Shown in pieces: positions 46,411 through 54,563 of a DNA stretch of 64,000 bases. Origin of the DNA: an uncultured bacterium (GTDB lineage: Bacteria > Patescibacteriota > Patescibacteriia > Magasanikbacterales > GWA2-37-8). Positions within the stretch are counted from its first letter, which is position 1; each line of letters starts with the position of its first letter. Location: contig CALCZC010000028.1 in the NCBI GenBank assembly GCA_937903605.1, forward strand, positions 70,680-134,679, in the 5' to 3' direction. The position numbers and the translations under genes are program-made. The notes below the pieces were generated by a model. It had not been told where the DNA came from. It saw only the letters and a program-made list of their open reading frames with translations, and did no database searches.

Positions 46411-46734
46411 CTATTTTCGGCGACTTGTTTCCGGCTTGTCTTTGAGTACCGGTAATTTATAACCGGAGTTGACAAAGAGCTGGGCAGCCAGATGTCGCGG
46501 AATAGTCGTGTAGTCAAGTACTCCCACTACTCCCGCCTGTCTTTCCATGATGGAGGTAATGCGATAAGGAACGGGGCTAAGCCGAAGGGTTTTGGCCGCC
46601 GTCTCAACCGCTTCTCTGGAAAGAAAGACGACTTCCTCCCTGCCTTTGAAGCGAATCACTTCTGCTCCCTTGAGCTTTTTACCAGTGATGGGACAACAGC
46701 CTTGTTTTTCAAGGGCTTTGATCAATTCATCCAT
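46411..46734 (-). CDS. hypothetical protein, possibly L7Ae/YlxQ-like RNA-binding protein; GC-rich codon usage
   Basis: RBS AGGTGA before the ATG. Loose pattern match to YlxQ/L7Ae (KALEKQG...GKKLKGAEV...VVFLSREA...VPY...GVVGVLD). An overlapping antisense ORF and high GC mean an RNA alternative is not excluded. Confidence 0.4.
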   Translation of the reverse strand: MDELIKALEKQGCCPITGKKLKGAEVIRFKGREEVVFLSREAVETAAKTLRLSPVPYRITSIMERQAGVVGVLDYTTIPRHLAAQLFVNSGYKLPVLKDKPETSRRK

Positions 46735-46979
46735 TTTTTCACCTGCTAACGAAAGTTGTTAAAATAACTTTTGCTCCAAAATCGGAACTGGAATATTTTA
46801 ATATATTTTTCTAATTTTGTCAACTAGACAGTAAAAAAGACTGTTTTTAGGCAAATCTTTTCTAATCCCAGCTGAAATATTTGACTTTTTTGTCAATTAC
46901 CTTTATAATTTCAATTACTTTTAATTTTTATTATTATTCTTACTGCTTACAAGCTTACTAGCTTACTGGCTCAACAAGT

Positions 46980-48995
46980 ATGAATGTTTCCGAATTAGCT
47001 CGACAACTTAGAGTACCACCGCAAAAACTTTTGCAAATATTGCCTGAGTTTGGTTTTGATATTGGTGCTCGTGCGGTAAAAGTTGACGATAGGGTTGCAG
47101 AACGTATCAAGAAAGAATGGCGCAGGATCAAATTTGTTCTAGAAGAACGAGAACGTAAAGAAAAAGAAAAACAAAAAGAATTGGAAAAAGAGATGCGTCA
47201 ACAAAGTGATACAGTGGTACAAATTCCCGCCAAAGTGACAGTAAAAGAACTGTCATTACTTTTGGATTTGCCACTTAATAAGTTAATAGTTGAATTGATG
47301 AAAAATGGTATTTTGGTTTCGCAAAATGAAAATTTAGATTATGACACAGCTGTGATTATTGCCGAGGATTTGGGTTTCAAAGTTGATAGAGCTGATGATA
47401 AAAAAGAAACAGAAGACAACCACCATGTTACAAATTTAGAAAATATTTTATCCAAAGAAGCTATTGCTCCGCGTGCCCCGGTAATCGTGGTGATGGGTCA
47501 TGTTGATCACGGTAAAACCAAATTATTGGACGCTGTTCGCAATACCAATGTTATAGATACGGAATCTGGCGGTATTACCCAGCATATCGGTGCTTATCAA
47601 GTTGTATGGACAGATCCGAAATCCAAAGAAAAACGTCCGATTACTTTTATTGACACTCCGGGTCACGAAGCTTTTACTGTGATGCGTAGTCGTGGCGCTA
47701 AAGTTGCCGATATTGCTATTTTGGTGGTAGCGGCTGACGATGGAGTTAAACCCCAAACTGTGGAAGCTATCAATATTATCAAAGCCGCCAAACTTCCGTT
47801 TATCGTGGCGGTAAACAAAATTGATAAAGAAGGAGCTGATCCGCAGAGGGTGCGTACTGATTTGTCTCAATACAGCATTATTCCGGAAGAATGGGGTGGA
47901 GAAGTGCCGATGGTGGATATTTCCGCCAAACAAAATTTACATATTGATAAATTGCTTGATACTTTATTGTTATTGGCTGACGTTAATAATGAACAAATTC
48001 GTGCCAATGCGGACAGGTCTGCGGCCGGTACGGTTATCGAAGCTCATGTGGATAAAGGCGAAGGACCGGTAGCCACCATTTTGGTTCAAGTTGGAACTCT
48101 GAATTTGAATGATCCGCTAGTAGTTAACGGTGAGATTTATGGTAAAGTTCGAGCAATGAAAAATTATCGCGGAGAAAATATTTTGCAAGCCGGTCCTAGT
48201 TGTCCGGTTAGGATTTTGGGTTTCAAAGTTGCCCCGCAAGTCGGTGATGTGCTGGATGTCGGTTCAGCTGGAACATCATCTTTGATAGATGTTAAAGCCA
48301 AGAAAACTCAACAATCTGGTGCGGAAAAAATACATAATCATCAAACGGATTCTGGAGAAGACGAAGAAGGTAAAAAATATTTTAACGTAGTTATTAAAGC
48401 TGACACCCTCGGATCACTCGAAGCGATCATCGGTTCTTTTGAAAAAATGAAAAATGACGAAGTTTCTGTTCGAGTGGTTGGAAAAGGTTTGGGAAATATC
48501 ACAGCTGATGATGTAACCTTGGCGCAAACCACAGGAGCTAAACTTTTTTCTTTTCATGTAGCGGTCACACCGGTGGCGCATGACATGATTCAAAGCACTG
48601 GAATTGATTTCAAAGAATATAAAGTAATTTATGACATGTTTAATTATATTGAGGTAGAGTTGGAAAAAATGTTGAATCCGGAAGTAACGATTACAGAACT
48701 TGGAACTTTCAAAGTTTTACAAATCTTCCGTTCCGATAAAAACAGTCAGATTTTGGGCGGTCGAGTAGAAAAAGGAAAAATCCAAAAAGATACCAAAGTT
48801 CGTATTAAACGCAAAGGTGAACATATTGGAATCGGTAAATTACCGCAAATCCAGATGGGACGTCAAGCGGTTTCTGAAATTGAACAAGGTAACGAATGCG
48901 GTGCACAGTATGAAGGTAAATTGCATGTGGAAGTCGGAGATATTTTGGAAGTATATAAGGAAGAAAGTAAAAAGAAGAAGTTAGAATTTAATTAG
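46980..48995 (+). CDS. infB: translation initiation factor IF-2
   Basis: G-domain [26 protein letters not shown]-terminal beta-barrel domains. 671 aa. Confidence 0.9.
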   Translation: MNVSELARQLRVPPQKLLQILPEFGFDIGARAVKVDDRVAERIKKEWRRIKFVLEERERKEKEKQKELEKEMRQQSDTVVQIPAKVTVKELSLLLDLPLNKLIVELMKNGILVSQNENLDYDTAVIIAEDLGFKVDRADDKKETEDNHHVTNLENILSKEAIAPRAPVIVVMGHVDHGKTKLLDAVRNTNVIDTESGGITQHIGAYQVVWTDPKSKEKRPITFIDTPGHEAFTVMRSRGAKVADIAILVVAADDGVKPQTVEAINIIKAAKLPFIVAVNKIDKEGADPQRVRTDLSQYSIIPEEWGGEVPMVDISAKQNLHIDKLLDTLLLLADVNNEQIRANADRSAAGTVIEAHVDKGEGPVATILVQVGTLNLNDPLVVNGEIYGKVRAMKNYRGENILQAGPSCPVRILGFKVAPQVGDVLDVGSAGTSSLIDVKAKKTQQSGAEKIHNHQTDSGEDEEGKKYFNVVIKADTLGSLEAIIGSFEKMKNDEVSVRVVGKGLGNITADDVTLAQTTGAKLFSFHVAVTPVAHDMIQSTGIDFKEYKVIYDMFNYIEVELEKMLNPEVTITELGTFKVLQIFRSDKNSQILGGRVEKGKIQKDTKVRIKRKGEHIGIGKLPQIQMGRQAVSEIEQGNECGAQYEGKLHVEVGDILEVYKEESKKKKLEFN

Positions 48996-49007
48996 GAAGT
49001 TTTAACT

Positions 49008-49095
49008 GTTTTATCGCGCTAAAGCGCTTGATATAAATGATTTATCACTTCGTTTGTTTATATAACATTTAGAACAATTATAACATTTAACAACT
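49008..49095. repeat. R1 repeat, inverted orientation (TTATCGCGCTAAAGCGCTTG ... ATTTATCACTTCGTTTGTT ... TAGAACAATTATAACA)
   Basis: Reverse complement of CAAGCGCTTTAGCGCGATAA and AACAAACGAAGTGATAAAT; compare 14802-14850. Confidence 0.55.
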
Positions 49096-49102
49096 TTTAA
49101 TT

Positions 49103-49423
49103 ATGGAAAACAATATAAATTCAACAAATTTTAAGGAGGAAGTTTTGGATAGTAATATCCCTGTATTAGTAGATTTTTGGGCGCCATGGTGTGGTCCTTG
49201 CCAGATGATGCTTGGAGTTTTGGGGGAGTTAATTGAAGATAACAAAGACAAAGCGGTCAAAATCGTTAAATGCAATGTTGATGAAAACGGAGATGTAGCC
49301 GGACAATATAATGTTATGAGCATCCCGACCTTCATAATGTTCAAAAATGGAGAAATTGTAGAAACTATGACCGGGGGAGTGCAGAAGGAAAAGTTGCAAG
49401 GATTAATAGACAAAAGCCTGTAA
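49103..49423 (+). CDS. trxA: thioredoxin
   Basis: WAPWCGPC active site. 106 aa. Confidence 0.9.
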   Translation: MENNINSTNFKEEVLDSNIPVLVDFWAPWCGPCQMMLGVLGELIEDNKDKAVKIVKCNVDENGDVAGQYNVMSIPTFIMFKNGEIVETMTGGVQKEKLQGLIDKSL

Positions 49424-49434
49424 AATTACAAAAT

Positions 49435-49513
49435 GTCATCCCCGCGAAGGCGGGGATCCAGGAAAATTAAGATAGCCACTGGATTCCTCCGCCAAAGGCG
49501 GACGGGAATGACA
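49435..49513 (+). ncRNA. R5 structured element, copy 1 (three hairpins closed by a terminal GTCATCC/GGAATGAC stem); candidate small RNA or structured repeat
   Basis: gtcatccccgcgaaggcggggatccaggaaaattaagatagccactggattcctccgccaaaggcggacgggaatgaca. Followed by terminator AAACCCACTagttAGTGGGTTTTTTG at 49518-49545. Confidence 0.4.
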
Positions 49514-49562
49514 GTAGAAACCCACTAGTTAGTGGGTTTTTTGTTTTATTATCATATATCTT

Positions 49563-49580
49563 TATATTGATATCAATATA
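49563..49580. promoter_or_regulatory. 18-bp perfect palindrome TATATTGATATCAATATA (GATATC core) at the left edge of the R-M locus
   Basis: Direct reading. Related TTGATA/GATATC palindromes cluster at 52957-53080. Confidence 0.4.
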
Positions 49581-49833
49581 ATCATAGTAAAAAAAGTGTA
49601 ATTTTTGGTGGAATAAGGGATTAGATTAAACAGTTTTTTGTGTCAATGTTTGTTCAAAAATTAGGTAACCGTGTTTATCTAGTTAAAATCTGGTCGAGTT
49701 GGTTTATTTTTGGTAAAAATTTTTGGAGAGCCTATTTTTAAGCGTAATGGTTGTTGTTACAGGGGTTTATCCACTTGTTTTTCAATTATATATCATGTAT
49801 ACTAAAATTATCGTTATCATTTGAAAACGCGCT

Positions 49834-52014
49834 ATGAAAAAAAAGCAAAAAACAACAACTAAATTCGACGTAGAAAAAGATGTTGAGCTATCCGACTTAA
49901 CTAAAGAAATTCTTAGCAATGAAATTTCAAAGTTTGACGAGTACCAGGCTTGGAAAAATTTTTTTGTCAGATATATCGATCCAGATGTTGTTCATAGAAA
50001 AAAAGATATAAAGGAGTTTGAAAGAAAATTAGGCGCTGATTTTTTTGAAATTCTTTATACAATTCATTTAATAGTTTATTTAGTTGCCAATAAATTTATT
50101 ATCCAAATACAAGTACCCGATAAATTTAATGTTTCGGAAGTTATATTTGAAAATGTTTTTAAAAATTTTTCTGAAGAATCTAAAAATAAGATTGATAAAA
50201 AAATTGGCGATTTATTTATACAATTGTGTAAAGAAAATCTACACGCATATGATCTATTCGAAAATATTTATAGAACTATTTCTCCAAGAGAGATAAGAAA
50301 ACCTTTGGGTGAATATTTTACCCCCCTTTCACTTGCAGAAAAAATGGTTTCCGAAGTGGATAAAAAATATTCTGATGAAAGATGGCTAGACAACTCAAGC
50401 GGATTCGGTGTATTCTTATTTGCATATCTTGATAAATTTGGAATTAAAAATATTGAAAAATTTAGTTGCATAGATGTAAATCCGCTATCTGTTTATGTAA
50501 CCAAGGTAGCTATTTTACTAGAGTACAGGACACAATTAAATAAAATAGCTGACCTTAAAATTTATTGGGGCGATGTTCTCTTAAACGAAAGATATGAGTT
50601 TAGAGATGGGAAAATATTGGTATCAGGTAATTTTTCTGAACTTCAAAGTAATGTTGGGGTTGTGATTGGCAACCCTCCATGGGTGAGCTGGAAATCAATG
50701 ACCAAAGAATATCAAAAACTGATTGGGGATGATTGGAGAAGTTACGATATTTTTGAGAAAAATATTACAAGAAAAACACTAGGGGCTTGTAATGATGATT
50801 TGTCAAGCTATTTTGTTTATTTCTCTATAGACAAATTTTTAAAAAAACAAGGATTACTTAAGTATGTGATAAATCTCTCTTTGTTCAAGAGTAATTTAGC
50901 AGGAAAAGAATTTAGAAAATTTAATATTCAAAAAACCAACACTCCTTTCAGAATTGAAAAAATTTATGATCTTTCAAATTATAAAGTTTTTCCCGGCATA
51001 GCCAATTCATACTGTGTTTTTGATGCGACCAAAGGCGAGAAAACAATTTTTCCAGTACCTTACTCAATCATTAATGGTAAAAAAGGCAAAGAAATAGAAA
51101 GCACTATAGAAACTGGCGCTCGACCAGTAAACAATCAAGACAATGGCGCTTTGATAACAATAAACGGCAACGACCAGCAGTTCGATTCTATTGAGGGAAT
51201 TTGTGAATACAAAGCACGGGCCGGCGTGTGTACTTGGCTCAACAGTGTTTATTGGATTAGAAAAATTGAGGATGCTGGTGAATTAACTTTGGTATCCAAC
51301 CTCGGGACTATAGGTAAAAAGAAAGTAGCAGAAATAGAGAATAAAATTGAAAAAGATCTAATATTTCGCTTATTAAGAGCAAGGAATCTTAATGATTTTA
51401 ACCCGGTAATTGAAAATTATATTATTGTTCCCCAACAAAAAGATGAAATGTCAAAGCCTATTGATGAAAAAGAAATGAAGGCAAAATATAAAAATACTTT
51501 TGTATTCTTTAAAAATTTCGAAAACGAATTAATAGAAAGAAGTGGCTATAAAAAGTTTTTAAAAGGACAGCCTTTTTATGGTCTTTATAATATTGGTCCG
51601 TATACAACTGCGCCCATAAAACTTGGTTGGCAGTTCGTATCTAAAAAATTTCAAGTTTATTTAATTGATAATGCGGAAGACATAATACCGGACCTAAATG
51701 TGATGTTTATCCCTCTAGAAGATATAAATGAGGCCTATTATTTGCATGCTCTTTTGAACTCTAAATATGCTACGAAAAAAATTGAATCAAGCTCTAACTG
51801 GACATTTCCAAGTGGGTCAATACAAAAAATATATTTAGAAAAATATAATTCTAAAGATGATCTTCACACTAGTATATCGTCATTACAGCAGAAGATTTTA
51901 TCTCAAAAAATAATCGGATTAGAAGAAGAAATGGAGAAACTATTTAAGGAATATTGGTTCAATGGGAGAAAAAAGAAGCGTGAAATTACCCAAATTCAAT
52001 TATCGTTTGTATAA
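49834..52014 (+). CDS. N6-adenine DNA methyltransferase, gamma class (Eco57I/TaqI-like) with a large target-recognition region
   Basis: Motif order X then IV: GEYFTPLSLAEKMV upstream of VIGNPPWVSW (NPPW catalytic motif IV), then a long TRD. 726 aa. Confidence 0.8.
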   Translation: MKKKQKTTTKFDVEKDVELSDLTKEILSNEISKFDEYQAWKNFFVRYIDPDVVHRKKDIKEFERKLGADFFEILYTIHLIVYLVANKFIIQIQVPDKFNVSEVIFENVFKNFSEESKNKIDKKIGDLFIQLCKENLHAYDLFENIYRTISPREIRKPLGEYFTPLSLAEKMVSEVDKKYSDERWLDNSSGFGVFLFAYLDKFGIKNIEKFSCIDVNPLSVYVTKVAILLEYRTQLNKIADLKIYWGDVLLNERYEFRDGKILVSGNFSELQSNVGVVIGNPPWVSWKSMTKEYQKLIGDDWRSYDIFEKNITRKTLGACNDDLSSYFVYFSIDKFLKKQGLLKYVINLSLFKSNLAGKEFRKFNIQKTNTPFRIEKIYDLSNYKVFPGIANSYCVFDATKGEKTIFPVPYSIINGKKGKEIESTIETGARPVNNQDNGALITINGNDQQFDSIEGICEYKARAGVCTWLNSVYWIRKIEDAGELTLVSNLGTIGKKKVAEIENKIEKDLIFRLLRARNLNDFNPVIENYIIVPQQKDEMSKPIDEKEMKAKYKNTFVFFKNFENELIERSGYKKFLKGQPFYGLYNIGPYTTAPIKLGWQFVSKKFQVYLIDNAEDIIPDLNVMFIPLEDINEAYYLHALLNSKYATKKIESSSNWTFPSGSIQKIYLEKYNSKDDLHTSISSLQQKILSQKIIGLEEEMEKLFKEYWFNGRKKKREITQIQLSFV

Positions 52015-52511
52015 ACCTCTTCGCCGTTTGTTTTTGCCCATTTTATAGTAAAACCCACGTGAGAAATATCGTTTGAACTGATTGATAATTGACGCTCGGT
52101 TTCTTTTAAAATATTTTCAGTTGGAACCTTATAAATTACTTTTATATCTAAAGGAGCTTCTTGTTTAAATACAGCACAATAAAAACAACTGTTTCTACTA
52201 ATTCTTAGTAGGGATTTTTTTTTCTTCTCTTCTGGACTTTTGAACATTCTGTCTAATTGAAAAGTTCCATTTTCCCAACAAGACAAATATTCATACAAGT
52301 TGCTAGGATTTTTTGGGTCCCAGGCGTCCGCTTCATGTTTTGTGGTATGGACTTCATGACCAAGGGCTGAGCCGATAATCAGTTCTTTGACTAGTCCTGG
52401 TTGGAATAAATTAGCATAACCCAAACCAGAAGCAATTTTTTGCGCCTCTTTTACAAGTGAGACAATTTGTTTTAATTTCTCTTGTTTTGTTTTGGTATCT
52501 ATTTTACTCAT
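51996..52511 (-). CDS. putative Type II restriction endonuclease (downstream of, and overlapping, the C-protein gene)
   Basis: Genomic context only: 4-bp overlap with the controller-like HTH gene and convergent with the MTase. Acidic/Lys residues (EADAWDPKN...E...K) are compatible with PD-(D/E)xK but no motif is secure. Confidence 0.45.
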   Translation of the reverse strand: MSKIDTKTKQEKLKQIVSLVKEAQKIASGLGYANLFQPGLVKELIIGSALGHEVHTTKHEADAWDPKNPSNLYEYLSCWENGTFQLDRMFKSPEEKKKKSLLRISRNSCFYCAVFKQEAPLDIKVIYKVPTENILKETERQLSISSNDISHVGFTIKWAKTNGEEVYTNDN

Positions 52512-52735
52512 AATTCTTTCATTAGTTTATCGATCTCAATTTTTAGTGCTTTGCTGATTTTTTCGATATTTTTTAAGGTTATATTTTTTTCTGCACGCTC
52601 AATCATGCCGATATATGTTCTGTGAACACCCGCTCGATTAGCTAATTCTTCTTGAGACAAACCTAACTCAGCACGTCTTTTGCGCAATTGTTGACCAAAT
52701 TTAATTAAGATTTCGGTCTTCATAAGAATAATCAT
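52508..52735 (-). CDS. XRE-family HTH protein, likely R-M controller (C) protein
   Basis: LRKRRAELGLSQEELANRAGVHRTYIGMIERAEKNITLKNIEKISKALKIE. 75 aa. Translationally coupled to the downstream ORF. Confidence 0.7.
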   Translation of the reverse strand: MIILMKTEILIKFGQQLRKRRAELGLSQEELANRAGVHRTYIGMIERAEKNITLKNIEKISKALKIEIDKLMKEL

Positions 52736-52956
52736 AGTATATCAATCTGCTAATTCTAGTTCTACATACTATAGTTAGCATATACAACTTTAATAATTTT
52801 AGGAAGCTTCTAATATTTTTTATGTTAGGAGGTGCGGGACGGGGGATCTGGTTAAATGGCGCTTTGCGCCAATTTTTTGAATAAAAATTATTTAACCGGG
52901 TAAACTTATCCACACCCCCTATTTTGTAGTTTTTGGAATTTCTGTGTTATTATTAA

Positions 52957-53080
52957 ACTATCAATCTATATATTGATAGTTATAAAAAGCTATTTATAAG
53001 TTGATATCTACAAATAACTATTTAAAAATTGATAGGTATAAATAGATATCTATAAATAACTATCATTATATTGATATTTT
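52957..53080. promoter_or_regulatory. cluster of operator-like palindromes and iterons (AACTATCAATctatatATTGATAGTT; GTTGATATCTAC; ATAGATATCTAT; ATAACTAT repeats)
   Basis: Direct reading. Upstream of the 53092 HTH gene and between the C-R operon and the surface-protein array. Confidence 0.45.
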
Positions 53081-53091
53081 AACGTATTTGT

Positions 53092-53304
53092 GTGAAAGTG
53101 GACGCAAAAAAATTCAGCGCCAATCTCAAGCGCTTGCGCTTGGGTAGGGGAATGTCCCAGGAGATGTTGGCGCGCAATGCGGATTTACGGCTTTCCAATT
53201 TAGCAAAATTGGAGGGTGGTTTTAACGTTAATCCGACTTTGCAAACATTATCGTCACTGGCACATGTTTTGACCGGGGACAGTATAGACAGGCTTTTACA
53301 ATAA
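53092..53304 (+). CDS. small XRE-family HTH regulator (GTG start)
   Basis: LKRLRLGRGMSQEMLARNADLRLSNLAKLE is a Cro/C1-type HTH. 70 aa. No clear RBS. Confidence 0.5.
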   Translation: MKVDAKKFSANLKRLRLGRGMSQEMLARNADLRLSNLAKLEGGFNVNPTLQTLSSLAHVLTGDSIDRLLQ

Positions 53305-53454
53305 AAGTGAAAATTATTAATTATTGTTTATTGATTATTAATATTTCTTTATTTCTTTCTTTAAGGGAGGGAGAAAGAAGTATTTTAAAATAATCAATAA
53401 ACAAGAGTTAAAAATAAATAAGGATAAATAAACAATAAATAATAAACAATAATT

Positions 53455-54408
53455 ATGTTTATTGGAAAGAAAAAAAATTATTTTTTGATTGGATTGATTG
53501 TACTTGGGACAGTCTTGGTTTTGTTATCCTTAAATTCTAATGCCGCGACCCCTCCTTCTGTAATCAGTTATCAAGGTAAAATTTTGGAAAACGGAGTTTC
53601 AGCTTCCACCTCTTTGACTATGACTTTTGAACTTTTCAATACATCTACCGGAGGATCCGCACTTTATACATATACAGAAGCAATTGTTCCAAGTAGTGGT
53701 TTATTTTCTGTTTTGATAGGAGATAGTTTGATAAATCCACTAGATCCGGAAATTTTCAAAAACAATAGCGAACTTTATTTACAAGTAACAGTCGGTATAG
53801 AAACACTTTATCCACGTAAACGTATTGTTACCGTGCCTTATGCTTTCAATGCTAAATATTTGGACGGATATGGAGTTTCACTTACTCCAACCAATACAAA
53901 TTATATACCGGTAGCCGACAGTGATGGTGGATTTACTTTTGGCAATGTGACGACAACGGGGGATTTATATGTGAGTGGAACGGTGAGAGTAGGTGATATT
54001 TGTAGCAAGGATGGAAGTTTTTGTTTTAATATTGATGAATTAAATATAACAGTCAAAGAGATGCGAACCACTTCGGTTAAATATATAGGCAACGTAACCA
54101 CTACACCTTCTTTGAGAGGTTATCAAGCCGCCAATGCTATTTGTAATGCTTTTTGGAGCGGAAGTCATTTTTGCAAAACCGAGGAAATAATGACAATTAT
54201 AGAAAAACAAAATATAAATTATTTTTCCGGAACAGCTTGGTTGGCAAATGGACCTCCGGGTTATACTGCGCCAGCAAATGATTGTAGCGGTTGGACCAGT
54301 TCTGACGGAAATAGGTATGGTGCAATTTGGCAATTTAATAGCGATGGTGGTGGTAGTGGATATCTAACCACTTGCAACCAACCGCTGCCTTTGGCGTGTT
54401 GTAAATAG
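53455..54408 (+). CDS. membrane-anchored secreted protein carrying the shared Cys-rich C-terminal ...ACCK module (paralog 1, short)
   Basis: TM YFLIGLIVLGTVLVLLSL. C-terminal GYQAANAICNAFWSGSHFC...GPPGYTAPANDCSGWTSSDGNRYGAIWQFNSDGGGSGYLTTCNQPLPLACCK. Confidence 0.6.
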   Translation: MFIGKKKNYFLIGLIVLGTVLVLLSLNSNAATPPSVISYQGKILENGVSASTSLTMTFELFNTSTGGSALYTYTEAIVPSSGLFSVLIGDSLINPLDPEIFKNNSELYLQVTVGIETLYPRKRIVTVPYAFNAKYLDGYGVSLTPTNTNYIPVADSDGGFTFGNVTTTGDLYVSGTVRVGDICSKDGSFCFNIDELNITVKEMRTTSVKYIGNVTTTPSLRGYQAANAICNAFWSGSHFCKTEEIMTIIEKQNINYFSGTAWLANGPPGYTAPANDCSGWTSSDGNRYGAIWQFNSDGGGSGYLTTCNQPLPLACCK

Positions 54409-54479
54409 AAAACACTAATTTGAAAACACGAATTTTTACACTAATCAACACAGATAAACAAAAATAAAAAATACAAAGT

Positions 54480-54552
54480 GTCATCCCTGCGAAAGCAGGG
54501 ATCCAGGAAAAGTTAAACAAGCCACTGGATTCCTGCTTTCACAGGAATGACA
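54480..54552 (+). ncRNA. R5 structured element, copy 2, with compensatory substitutions relative to copy 1
   Basis: gtcatccctgcgaaagcagggatccaggaaaagttaaacaagccactggattcctgctttcacaggaatgaca. The CCCCGC/GCGGGG stem becomes CCCTGC/GCAGGG, and TCCGCC/GGCGGA becomes TCCTG/CAGGA. Confidence 0.4.
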
Positions 54553-54563
54553 AAAACAAAACT

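Noticed and set aside
52701-52913. 70-aa minus-strand ORF upstream of the C-protein gene
   Set aside because: Overlaps the C-gene start and promoter/operator region. Low-complexity. No RBS.
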